From Clostridiales bacterium DTU087 (GTDB lineage Bacteria > Bacillota > Limnochordia > DTU087): a stretch of DNA of 43,235 nucleotides. Shown here in pieces: positions 9,610-18,528 of the stretch (position 1 is its first letter; each line of letters starts with the position of its first letter). The notes below the pieces were generated by a model that saw only the letters and a program-made list of their open reading frames with translations, was not told where the DNA came from and ran no database searches. The translations under genes and the position numbers were made by a program. The DNA lies in contig LFTN01000009.1 of NCBI GenBank assembly GCA_001513495.1, positions 1 through 43,235 on the forward strand, written 5' to 3'.

Positions 9610-10245
9610 CTAAAGATAGCGGGAGGCCGTCTCAATCAGTACGGGTGTGATGTATGCTTCAACCAAGGCCGCTGCACCCATTAATCCACAAGCTCCAACT
9701 GTCAAGAGAGTGACTCGGAAAAACTGATGGTACATGTTGATATCCCGCCGGCCCATCAGGGTCCGGAGGGCGGCCCACGAGAAACTCAAGGCTGCGCCGC
9801 CGGCTAAGATGAGAGCCGGTACTACCAGCAGGTTATGCGGCACCACCGACACAACTGCCATGGCAATCCCCTTGAGTACCATCTCCTCCACCATGAAACC
9901 CACAGTGAATCCCAGGACAAAGCCCCGCAGGAAAAGCAGGGCTAGGACCAAGGGTGCCCCCAGCACCGACAATCCCAATAACCACATCAGACCTACAGTC
10001 TTGGCGATGTTCTGAAGAAAAGCCTGACGGATGGCAGCTGCGGAGCCGACGGCGTTGGCTGCGGGTGCAGCTTCAAATAAGGTATGAATATAGCCACCCA
10101 GATCATCACGCTGCTGGGTGCTCAGGGCTTTGACGGCAAATGCTCCGCTGATTGTACCCATGATAAACACTACAAAGACAAACATATATGCCGCTGTGCG
10201 GCGGTGAAAATAGCCTTGGAAAGCCCCGGATATCTGCCTGGCCAT
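9610..10245 (-). CDS. spoIIM: stage II sporulation protein M
   Basis: 211 aa. The blocks GLMWLLGLSVLGAPLVLALLFLRGFVLGFTVGF, VVPHNLLVVPALILAG and EAYITPVLIE match B. subtilis SpoIIM as I recall it. SD GGGGGAGG 6 nt before the ATG. Confidence 0.85.
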   Translation of the reverse strand: MARQISGAFQGYFHRRTAAYMFVFVVFIMGTISGAFAVKALSTQQRDDLGGYIHTLFEAAPAANAVGSAAAIRQAFLQNIAKTVGLMWLLGLSVLGAPLVLALLFLRGFVLGFTVGFMVEEMVLKGIAMAVVSVVPHNLLVVPALILAGGAALSFSWAALRTLMGRRDINMYHQFFRVTLLTVGACGLMGAAALVEAYITPVLIETASRYL

Positions 10246-10329
10246 TCCGTGCCTCCCCCTTGTCCCGGCGGCGGTCCCCCTCTTGTCACACCATCTTTAT
10301 GCACCCTGAGGACGGTTTATGCTAGGGAC

Positions 10330-10929
10330 CTATGCCAGGTGGGAGACATCATTGACGCTGATCAGCGCTATATCGTTAAGGCTGGAGCCTTGGACTATGC
10401 TGATGCCGCCGTTGTCCAAGGTGTAGAGGGGCTGCACGCGGCCTGCGATCCAAGCCAGCAAGGCTCGTAGGAGGCCGCCATGGGAGACCACGATCCCGAT
10501 CTGTCCGCGATATTCTGTGATCACCCAATCCAGTGCCTTGATGCTTCTTTCTCTCAATTCTGCCAAGGCCTCGCCGCCTCCGGGGGCTGCTAGGAGGGGC
10601 TCTTCCTGGTGCTGTTGCCACTCTTCAGGATATAGCTTTTGGATCTCTGCCCTGGTCAAGCCCTCCCACCTCCCATAGTACCGCTCCCGCCAAAGGGGGC
10701 AGCTGACCACCGGCAGCTGGAGCTTCTGCCCAATGGGTGCTGCAGTGTCCAAAGCCCGGACAAGATCACTGCTGATCAAGAAACTGGCACCCGCCCCGGC
10801 TAGGCGCTCTGCAACCCGCTTGGCTTGCTGCTTGCCCCTATCGGTTAATGGGATGTCTGTCTGCCCTTGATATCGCTTTGCCTGGTTCCATGCGGTCTCG
10901 CCGTGCCTGACCAGGTAGATCTTGGTCAA
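10330..10929 (-). CDS. histidine phosphatase family protein (phosphoglycerate mutase / alpha-ribazole phosphatase-like)
   Basis: Catalytic RHG motif in MTKIYLVRHGETAWN, plus a downstream SHGG. TTG start 8 nt after GGAAGGAGAG, and this SD overlaps the end of the upstream gene. Confidence 0.8.
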   Translation of the reverse strand: MTKIYLVRHGETAWNQAKRYQGQTDIPLTDRGKQQAKRVAERLAGAGASFLISSDLVRALDTAAPIGQKLQLPVVSCPLWRERYYGRWEGLTRAEIQKLYPEEWQQHQEEPLLAAPGGGEALAELRERSIKALDWVITEYRGQIGIVVSHGGLLRALLAWIAGRVQPLYTLDNGGISIVQGSSLNDIALISVNDVSHLA

Positions 10930-10947
10930 TCCACCGACTCTCCTTCC

Positions 10948-12123
10948 CTATCCTTGCTCGCCGATAACTCGGCCATAACGCCCGCCGCCGCCCTCACTCA
11001 CAGCCAGCTGTCCATCTCTGGCAGCAGCGATGTTTTGAGCTACCCTTGGGCCAACTACATCTTCCAACTCCTTAAGGGAAGTGTAGTGGAGTATCTGCAT
11101 CTCGGTGCCGAAGGCATCCAGCAGCTTTTCCAAGGTTTTCTTGCCGACACCGGGGATGAACTCCAGGGGAACTTGATGAATGTAAGGGGGACGGTCCCCG
11201 GGATGCACAGCTTCATCCCCATCCGCGATGGCGGTGATGCGGTCCAGTACTCCGACTACGACCCTACTGCTGTCACACCTGCTGCACCGGTAGACCGGCG
11301 GCTCTCCTTCAACTACCGCTTCACAGTTGAGGCAGAAGGTCCTGTGGTACTTGCCCAAACGGGGATCTAAGCCGTAATTTGCCAGAATCAGGTTGTCTGG
11401 GCTGCCTGTCAGTGCCCTGCAAAAATGGGCAAAATCGGGGTTGGTGAGCTGGAGCTTGTTGTATTCCCGGGCGATTTTGGGAAGGGAGTGGGCATCAGAA
11501 TTACTTAAGAACCTCACATTGGATAGTTCAAGGAGCCTGTCGGCCAAGTAGGTATTGGAACTTAACCCCAGCTCTAAGGCGGGAAAACCTACGCCGGTTT
11601 CGGCTAAGCGGGTGACACAGTTGCCGTATATACTCTTGAACGGAGTAAAGGCATGGGCTGGCAGGAAAACGCCTGTCAAATCATTGACTACAAATCCATT
11701 GACTTCCTGAATTCCGAGGCTCGCCCGCTGAGAGCTGAGAGAGATATTGGTGATGGCAGAAGAGAGGAAACGGCTCAATTCCTCCATTGTCTCCAAAGAA
11801 GGGGTGAAGGCCAAGAAATGGGCACTGCCTCCTTGAGGCCCTCCGAGCTCAATTTCTGCACCTAGAAATAGGACAACCTTGTCCCGATAACTCAAGCCTC
11901 CTCCGGGAAGAGGAACTAAATCGCCTCTATCAACCAATGCCCTGAGATCTGCCAGTACAGCTGGAGAGGCGCAGTCGACGATCCCGGCGATGTGGATGCC
12001 TTTACGTTCAGAGCATTCCCGGAGAATTCCCTGTACTGTCAAGGCAGACGACGCAGTTATTTTTACCGGGGTGCCCGACCCAGCCCGCCCAACATGAATG
12101 TGCAGATCAGCGAAATATATCAA
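10948..12123 (-). CDS. PHP-domain nuclease of the endonuclease Q / TIGR00375 family (putative)
   Basis: N-terminal PHP motif YFADLHIHVGRA, an internal Cys4 zinc ribbon CLNCEAVVEGEPPVYRCSRC, and a C-terminal helix-hairpin-helix IPGVGKKTLEKLL. TTG start 7 nt after GGGAGG. The family assignment is from memory of the domain layout. Confidence 0.55.
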   Translation of the reverse strand: MIYFADLHIHVGRAGSGTPVKITASSALTVQGILRECSERKGIHIAGIVDCASPAVLADLRALVDRGDLVPLPGGGLSYRDKVVLFLGAEIELGGPQGGSAHFLAFTPSLETMEELSRFLSSAITNISLSSQRASLGIQEVNGFVVNDLTGVFLPAHAFTPFKSIYGNCVTRLAETGVGFPALELGLSSNTYLADRLLELSNVRFLSNSDAHSLPKIAREYNKLQLTNPDFAHFCRALTGSPDNLILANYGLDPRLGKYHRTFCLNCEAVVEGEPPVYRCSRCDSSRVVVGVLDRITAIADGDEAVHPGDRPPYIHQVPLEFIPGVGKKTLEKLLDAFGTEMQILHYTSLKELEDVVGPRVAQNIAAARDGQLAVSEGGGGRYGRVIGEQG

Positions 12124-12355
12124 GAGAATACCTCCCGCTTCTAGAAGACTGCAGCGGATATTGCTGCGCAGAGCATCGTGTGCAGTGAAGCAGCTAGCCG
12201 ATACAGCAGCCCCCCGCCATTGTCACATCCATTGCAAAGTATCAAAAAGGGGCCGTACCTGTCAAGGCTGTCTGCACCCGGGCGCCCGCCGGGACAGATG
12301 ACGCCGTGTTTACGTCGGACGTGTCAGCTGTAAGGCGTGTCTGCCCCTTGCTGGT

Positions 12356-13468
12356 TTAGAGCCATTGGGCTGCCAGCCACCCTGCTGCGCCGCCGGCCCG
12401 GAAAAAGGCTGGATCATCCGCCGGTGTCCTCCCCATGGAGGTGACCTTTACCCCATAATCCTCCAAGAGCTCTAGGGTTCGGTCCCCATCGACCCAATGG
12501 ATCTGATGGCGGCTCAAGCCCTGCTCCTCGATCTGCTGCCGCAATCGCTTGCCCTCATCCCCGCTCAGTTGAGGGATAGGGAGATGGCAGGCAGTATGGC
12601 ACAGCCGCCCCAGGGCGGTAATGGTGTGATGACTAAGCCCCTGATGGCGCGCCCGCCTGTCGGCAAAACTAATCCGAGGTACGGCTATGGCCCTTCCGCC
12701 CAGGGAGTTGACGGCATCGAGGATGGGGGCTGTTTCCAGAGCCGTTGTGCCAAAGGCTGTACCAGTACCCACTACTCCAGGCCCCATGGCAACTACGCAG
12801 GCATCCGCCCGGGCTGCGTGCTTCGCTGCTAAGAGCCCCGAATAAATGCCAACTGCCTCGAGATCGCCCCCAAAGGCATGTCCAGCTGTAATAGTAGTGG
12901 CGATCAGGCCCTTTTCCTTGAGGGAAGCTGCCAGCTTGCTGAACGCCAGCGGCAAAGCAGCACCATCGGTCATCAGGTATGCCAGGCGGGCTGGTTGAGC
13001 GGCGAAATGGCGAAATGCTACTGCTATTGGTGCAATCAGGCTGTGAAGGCTGGCGACCATGACCGGCATGCCGGCCAGAGAGTCGCTTTCTCCAAGGATG
13101 GAATGATAGGGGCTCCCTTCTTCCTCAACCGACAAGACGGCAAGCTGCAGAGGCGTATAGCGAAGCTTCACAATGTGGCCATGGGGTTTTTGGGGCTCCT
13201 CTGCCATGGCAGGCCCCTTCCTTGCCGCTAGTACTTCGGCCCGATGTTGAGGATAGCAGCCGATGACAAAGTGTATCCCGCCGGTTCCCAGTCCAAGATC
13301 CACCGCAGTGGTGTTGATCTCCACCCAGTCCCCCGGCAAGACATCATCACACAACTGCCGATAGTTGACGGCAGGAGCCAACTGACCCCTAACATCTACT
13401 ACCAGCTCTTGGATATCTGCCGCAACCTTGGTGACCTTATGCACTTTGCCCCACATTCGGTGAAGCAT
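12356..13468 (-). CDS. DUF3866-like protein (uncharacterised)
   Basis: ORF 12356..13474. The ATG at 13468 has 6-nt spacing from GGGGGG. Motif block GDWVEINTTAVDLGLGTGGIHFV and the ~370 aa length fit my recollection of DUF3866. Not verified. Confidence 0.45.
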   Translation of the reverse strand: MLHRMWGKVHKVTKVAADIQELVVDVRGQLAPAVNYRQLCDDVLPGDWVEINTTAVDLGLGTGGIHFVIGCYPQHRAEVLAARKGPAMAEEPQKPHGHIVKLRYTPLQLAVLSVEEEGSPYHSILGESDSLAGMPVMVASLHSLIAPIAVAFRHFAAQPARLAYLMTDGAALPLAFSKLAASLKEKGLIATTITAGHAFGGDLEAVGIYSGLLAAKHAARADACVVAMGPGVVGTGTAFGTTALETAPILDAVNSLGGRAIAVPRISFADRRARHQGLSHHTITALGRLCHTACHLPIPQLSGDEGKRLRQQIEEQGLSRHQIHWVDGDRTLELLEDYGVKVTSMGRTPADDPAFFRAGGAAGWLAAQWL

Positions 13469-13702
13469 GATCATCCCCCCGACATCGCATTCGCAGTGTC
13501 AAGCAGCTAATGTCTAGTTAGGATGACCATGGCTCAGAAGGAAAATGCGCCTGTCACAGTCGCAGCCTCTGGCAGAGTATCTGGCCAAGGCGCTCTTGTT
13601 CAAGGGTCCGAGAAGGCCCTGAAAAATAGAATTCCGCCGGGTGGGGATGCCCCGCGGAACTTGATTAGAAAACCAACCAGCCATTTGCTACTCAATCAGA
13701 CA

Positions 13703-13761
13703 GGTTCTGCATATCCAGAGGCCCGGATATGCAGACCTTGTCCGCCGGGTACACCCGGCGG
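13703..13761 (-). terminator. two tandem perfect hairpins immediately downstream of pnp
   Basis: Hairpin 1 is CCGCCGGGT/ACCCGGCGG (13742-13761), 8 nt after the TAA. Hairpin 2 is TCTGCATATCC-n8-GGATATGCAGA (13706-13735, 11 bp). Neither has a clean U-tract, so they may act as terminator/3'-end stabilisers. Confidence 0.4.
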
Positions 13762-13769
13762 CTACCTGC

Positions 13770-15902
13770 TTAAGACCTAGGCCGCCTGCCCCGGTCCTTC
13801 TTACTCTCATCAGCCTCTAATGCTTCGGGACGAGCCAAGTTGACTCTACCCATACGGTCAATCTCAATTACCTTTACCGTAACGGTGTCTCCCAATTGTA
13901 CTACATCCTCGACTTTGCCGACCCGGCCCTTGGCCAGTTTCGAAATGTGCAGCAGTCCTTCCTTACCGGGCAGCACTTCCACAAAAGCGCCGAAGTCCAT
14001 AATGCGCTTCACTGTTCCCAAGTAAGTTTCGCCCACTTCCACATCCTTGATCAACAGCTCAATCATCTTCTGTGCCCGATCTCCGGCATCCTGGTCAGTA
14101 GAGGCAACGTAGACACGGCCGTCATCTTCTATATCGATAGTAACACCGGTCTCATCGATGATCTTCCTGATGGTCTTGCCACCTGGGCCAATGACTTCCC
14201 TGATCTTGTCCACTGGGATTTCCATAGTAAAGATCCGGGGAGCAAAGGGTGACAACTCCTCTCTGGGACGTTCAATGGTTGCCAGCATTTTCCGGAGTAT
14301 GAACAACCGCCCTTCTCTTGCTTGAGCCAGAGCCTGTTTCAAGACATCCCAGATAACGCCTTCGATCTTAATATCCATCTGCAGGGCGGTAATGCCCCGT
14401 TCTGTTCCTGCAACCTTGAAATCCATGTCTCCCAAGGCATCCTCCATACCTTGGATGTCGGAGAGAATGGAGAACTCATCTCCGTCTTTAACCAATCCCA
14501 TGGCAATACCTGCTACCGGGCGCTTAATGGGAACTCCGGCATCCATCAAAGCCAGAGTACTGCCGCAGACGCTGGCCATGGAAGATGAGCCGTTGGATTC
14601 CAAGACCTCTGATACCAAGCGGACGGTATATGGAAACTCATCTTCGCCGGGAATCATTGGCAGCAAGGCCCGTTCCGCCAGAGCACCGTGGCCGATTTCT
14701 CGGCGGCCGGGGCCCCTGATGGGACGGACTTCGCCTACACTGTAGGACGGGAAGTTGTAGTGGTGAATATAGCGCTTGCTCTCTTCGTAGCCAAGATCAT
14801 CCAGGTGCTGCTCATCAGACTTCACGCCTAAAGTACAGGTTGTCAGCACTTGGGTCTGCCCCCGGGTGAAGACTGCTGAACCATGTGCTCGGGGCAGGAT
14901 ACCTACCTCGCAGGTCACCTGCCGAATCTCATCCAAGGAGCGGCCATCGGGCCTTCGCTTCTCATGGATGACCATGTTCCGGACGATTTCCTTAATCAAG
15001 GATGCAATCACCTGATCGAGGCTCCGTTCCTTCTCGGCTAGAGCTTCCTCCCCAAACTCCTGGAGGAACTCTTCATGCAGCCCGAGGCGGACGTTGTCTA
15101 CATCTGCTTCCCTGCTCAGCTTGTCAGCGTTGCGCAAGGCATCTTGAAGCCGGGCCGTTCCCTTTTCCCGAACCCACCGCTCCACCTCAGCATCGATCTC
15201 AGGGGCTTGAAACTCCTGTTTTGGCTGACCAATCTGCCTAACTATCTCCTCTTGGAACTCCACTAAAGCCACTACATGCTGGTGCCCGAACTTGATGGCT
15301 TCCAGTACAACTTCCTCAGGCACTTCGTTGGCCCCAGCTTCCACCATGGTCACCGCTTGTTTTGTGCCGGCAACAACCAAGTGCAGGTCGCTCGCCAGCT
15401 GCTGCTCATAGGTGGGGTTGATGATGAACTCACCGTCAACTCTACCGACGATAACGCCTCCTACTGGCCCTTCAAATGGGATATCCGAAATAGATAGCGC
15501 CGTCGAAGCTCCAACCAGGGCGGTAATGTCAGGAGCATTATCTTGGTCCACTGAGAGAATTGTAGCTACAACCTGGACATCGTTGCGCATCCCCTCGGGA
15601 AACAGCGGCCTTAAGGGGCGGTCGATCATCCGAGCCGCCAAAATAGCCGCCTCACCCGGACGGCCTTCCCGGCGCCCCCAGCCTCCCGGCACCTTTCCTA
15701 CTGCATACATCCGCTCTTCGTAGTCAACCAGCAAAGGGAAAAAATCTATACCCTCTCGAGGCTCTTTGGACATGGTGGCTGTCACTAGTACTACAGTATC
15801 ACCATAGCGTATAAGTACGCTGCCGTTGGCCTGCTTGGCCAGGGCGCCAGTCTCGACGGTTAGTGTTCTCCCTCCCAATTCCAGCTGAAATTCCTGTTTC
15901 AT
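13770..15902 (-). CDS. pnp: polyribonucleotide nucleotidyltransferase (PNPase)
   Basis: ORF 13770..15926. ATG at 15902 lies 7 nt after AAGGAGG. Two RNase PH domains, plus KH ([11 protein letters not shown]) and S1 ([14 protein letters not shown]) domains. Confidence 0.95.
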   Translation of the reverse strand: MKQEFQLELGGRTLTVETGALAKQANGSVLIRYGDTVVLVTATMSKEPREGIDFFPLLVDYEERMYAVGKVPGGWGRREGRPGEAAILAARMIDRPLRPLFPEGMRNDVQVVATILSVDQDNAPDITALVGASTALSISDIPFEGPVGGVIVGRVDGEFIINPTYEQQLASDLHLVVAGTKQAVTMVEAGANEVPEEVVLEAIKFGHQHVVALVEFQEEIVRQIGQPKQEFQAPEIDAEVERWVREKGTARLQDALRNADKLSREADVDNVRLGLHEEFLQEFGEEALAEKERSLDQVIASLIKEIVRNMVIHEKRRPDGRSLDEIRQVTCEVGILPRAHGSAVFTRGQTQVLTTCTLGVKSDEQHLDDLGYEESKRYIHHYNFPSYSVGEVRPIRGPGRREIGHGALAERALLPMIPGEDEFPYTVRLVSEVLESNGSSSMASVCGSTLALMDAGVPIKRPVAGIAMGLVKDGDEFSILSDIQGMEDALGDMDFKVAGTERGITALQMDIKIEGVIWDVLKQALAQAREGRLFILRKMLATIERPREELSPFAPRIFTMEIPVDKIREVIGPGGKTIRKIIDETGVTIDIEDDGRVYVASTDQDAGDRAQKMIELLIKDVEVGETYLGTVKRIMDFGAFVEVLPGKEGLLHISKLAKGRVGKVEDVVQLGDTVTVKVIEIDRMGRVNLARPEALEADESKKDRGRRPRS

Positions 15903-16050
15903 CTTACGTACCTCCTTAGGGTTCAATGGCCACTCTCGCCCGGCCCGGCAGAGACTCGTTCCTCCTGATCAAGCATACCGGCCGTTTCATAGTATCTTCT
16001 TCTTTTCCCAGGGAAATTCTAGTCCCGGGTAGCCAGAGTGGTCATGTGAA

Positions 16051-16075
16051 GAAGGAGCGGGGTTACCGCTCCTTC
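16051..16075 (-). terminator. rpsO 3' hairpin (terminator / processing stem ahead of pnp)
   Basis: GAAGGAGCGG-n5-CCGCTCCTTC is a perfect 10-bp stem 8 nt after the rpsO stop. On the minus strand it is followed by TTCAC (short U-tract). Confidence 0.45.
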
Positions 16076-16083
16076 AATCACGA

Positions 16084-16353
16084 TTACCCTCGTATGCCGA
16101 GTTTGGCGACAAGGGTCCGATACCGTTCAATATCTCGTTCCCGAAGATAGTCGAGCAGCCCTTTTCTCTGACCAATCATTTTCAGCATGCCCCGTCGGGA
16201 ATGGTAGTCCTTTTTGTGCACTTTCAGGTGCTCAGTCAGGTCACTGATCCTCTTGGTGAGAATCGCAATCTGCACTTCAGGTGAACCAGTGTCACCTTCG
16301 TGCATCTTAAACTCATCGATAATCTCCCGCTTGATGTCTTTATCTAGAGCCAC
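16084..16353 (-). CDS. rpsO: 30S ribosomal protein S15
   Basis: [51 protein letters not shown].. The GTG at 16353 lies 8 nt after GGAGG. The ORF-track start at 16362 overlaps the SD. Confidence 0.95.
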   Translation of the reverse strand: MALDKDIKREIIDEFKMHEGDTGSPEVQIAILTKRISDLTEHLKVHKKDYHSRRGMLKMIGQRKGLLDYLRERDIERYRTLVAKLGIRG

Positions 16354-16446
16354 ATACTTCACCTCCCTATACTCAGAATCCCCCCAGCCCAGAACGACGT
16401 TGGAGGAGCTCGCCGAACCGAGTCAAGGGTTCCAAACACCGTCTTC

Positions 16447-16475
16447 ACTATACCACAAAGCTCAGAGGCTGTAAA
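16447..16475 (-). promoter_or_regulatory. sigma-A-type promoter for rpsO
   Basis: The minus strand reads TTTACA-17 nt-TATAGT, with an extended -10 TG (TGGTATAGT). The -35 lies inside the last codons of ribF. The resulting leader to the rpsO start is ~85 nt. Confidence 0.45.
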
Positions 16476-17475
16476 TCTTTTCTGACGAGGATTGATCAGT
16501 GCCAATTACACTGGCTGGCAAGAGCTTGCGGGCGGCCTGGATATCACGGTCAACCTGCGCCTGCAGCTCGTGGGAATTGGCGAACTTCTGGATTGGGCGG
16601 AGGAAGTGATGGAAGGAGACCTCCAGCTCTTTGCCGTAATAGGCTGCCTTGTGATCCAGCACGTGTACCTCAATTGCCAGGATGCTGCCATCAAAGGTCG
16701 GTTTTGTGCTGATGCTGAGCACACCGATCAACACTTGCCTCTGGGCATCGCCGTGGGTGTTGTCAGCGGCTCTTTCCCGTACAGTCACTGCATAGACTCC
16801 CTCTCGGGGGATGAGCTGATGGGGCTCGATCTTCAAGTTGGCGGTGGGAAAGCCTAGCGTTCTCCCCCTGCCTTCACCCTGTATAACAGGGCCGGCTAGA
16901 CGGTAAGGGCGTCCCAAAAGCTCAGCCGCGGCCTCGACGTCTCCCTCTTGCAGCAGCCTTCTGATGCGGGTGCTGGAGACTTTTTCCCCTCCGGCCTCTA
17001 CCGGAGGCACTTTGATCACCGATTTTAGCCCCCAACTGGGGCCATCCTTTGCCAGGAGCTCAGTTGTGCCTCGGCTCTTGTTGCCGAAGGTAAAGTCCTC
17101 TCCCGCTGCCACTGCGATAACCTTCAATTGGCCCACTAGGATGCCTTTGACAAACTCTTCGGGCTCCAATCGAGCCAGAGAGCCATCGAAAACCAGCTCC
17201 ACTACAGCCTCTATGCCGAGATCCCACATATACTGCCTTCGCTCCTCCGCTGTTGTGAGCAGCAGCGGTACTGCCTCAGGCTTGACTATGGAAAGGGGGT
17301 GGCGGTCAAAGGTAACCAGTGCCGGTACCCGACCTAAAGAAGCCGCCAGTTCCACCACTTGAGAGGCAATAGCTTGATGCCCTAAGTGCATGCCGTCAAA
17401 AAACCCCAAACCGGCCACCATTTCTACATTGAGTACACTGCTGGTGATTCTGCCGTCCCGCCAATAAATCTGCAA
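16462..17475 (-). CDS. ribF: bifunctional riboflavin kinase / FMN adenylyltransferase
   Basis: GFFDGMHLGHQ (nucleotidyltransferase HxGH), a GRTLGFPTANL kinase block, and a PTFDG..LAIEVHVLD pattern. The TTG start at 17475 is uncertain. Confidence 0.9.
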   Translation of the reverse strand: MQIYWRDGRITSSVLNVEMVAGLGFFDGMHLGHQAIASQVVELAASLGRVPALVTFDRHPLSIVKPEAVPLLLTTAEERRQYMWDLGIEAVVELVFDGSLARLEPEEFVKGILVGQLKVIAVAAGEDFTFGNKSRGTTELLAKDGPSWGLKSVIKVPPVEAGGEKVSSTRIRRLLQEGDVEAAAELLGRPYRLAGPVIQGEGRGRTLGFPTANLKIEPHQLIPREGVYAVTVRERAADNTHGDAQRQVLIGVLSISTKPTFDGSILAIEVHVLDHKAAYYGKELEVSFHHFLRPIQKFANSHELQAQVDRDIQAARKLLPASVIGTDQSSSEKIYSL

Positions 17476-17510
17476 ATCACACTCACCCCTGGTTCAGGTC
17501 CCATCTAATA

Positions 17511-18512
17511 CTATTCCAACACCGAAGGAAACAGCCTTGCCGGCTGCAGTACTCCCCGTCCTCTGCCTTGAGGATTGCGGCCAATTCCGAGGAACCTGCC
17601 TTGGTCATCATAGATCCGAAGTAGGTTCTGTGATGAGGGATCCTCTCCAACACTTGCTACTACGTCAATATCCACCGGCGCCAGCCATTTCTCAACTTCC
17701 TCCACCGGCACCCAGCCGCCGCTGCTAATCCGCTTGGCTGCGGCAGAATGGAGCACAGCTCCGGGGAGGTGGCCTACCCCCCGATCCATAGGAATCAGTA
17801 CCGGTGTATTCGGAAGTGTACTTACTTCTGCTTCCACTTCTATCTGCTCCCCACGCACCATCAGTTCCTCCAAGGTGAGGGCATCCCGCAGCGACCAGGG
17901 GCCGACTCTAGTTCTGATCAAAAAGGACATATGGCTCGGCACCCGGAGGTGTTCCCCTAGATCTTGGCAGAGTGTGCGGATGTACGTGCCCTTGGAGCAC
18001 ACAACATCGAACAGGATGGTGTCTCCAAACCGCCATTGACCCCGGCGCCAGCCCTTGACAAGAGTGAAGTCCAGGATTCTTACCCGTCTCGGCCTTCTCT
18101 CCACCGTCTTTCCCTGCCGGGCTAGCTCATAGAGCCGCTGCCCCTGGTGTTTCAATGCTGAAACCATGGGCGGGATTTGCTCAATCTCTCCTCGAAATGT
18201 GTCAAATGCTTCAAGTAGATCCTCATCGGAAAAGCAAAACTTCCGGTCTTCAGTCACTACTTCGCCGCCGGCATCTTGGGTGTCCGTAGATTTTCCAAAC
18301 CACAGTTCGGCCCGATAGGCCTTAACGTGGTCCTCCATATAGGGAATGAGCCTGGTGGCATTTCCGACACATAACACCAGGATGCCGGCGGCGCCGGGAT
18401 CGAGGGTGCCCGTATGGCCGATCCGCTTTTCACCCAGCTGCCGTCGAGCCAGATTCACTACATCATGGGATGTCATCCCCGGGGGTTTGAGAAGCACCAA
18501 AATGCCGTCCAT
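17511..18512 (-). CDS. truB: tRNA pseudouridine(55) synthase
   Basis: MDGILVLLKPPGMTSHDVV...HTGTLDPGAAGILVLCVG (catalytic Asp). The ORF-track N-terminal extension to 18683 overlaps nrnA and is rejected. Confidence 0.9.
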   Translation of the reverse strand: MDGILVLLKPPGMTSHDVVNLARRQLGEKRIGHTGTLDPGAAGILVLCVGNATRLIPYMEDHVKAYRAELWFGKSTDTQDAGGEVVTEDRKFCFSDEDLLEAFDTFRGEIEQIPPMVSALKHQGQRLYELARQGKTVERRPRRVRILDFTLVKGWRRGQWRFGDTILFDVVCSKGTYIRTLCQDLGEHLRVPSHMSFLIRTRVGPWSLRDALTLEELMVRGEQIEVEAEVSTLPNTPVLIPMDRGVGHLPGAVLHSAAAKRISSGGWVPVEEVEKWLAPVDIDVVASVGEDPSSQNLLRIYDDQGRFLGIGRNPQGRGRGVLQPARLFPSVLE

Positions 18513-18528
18513 GCTGGCCTTCGCCCCC

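Noticed and set aside
13523-13780. 85-aa plus-strand ORF downstream of pnp
   Set aside because: It overlaps the pnp stop and both hairpins, lacks an SD, and has a Pro/Gly/Arg-rich composition. It is treated as non-coding.
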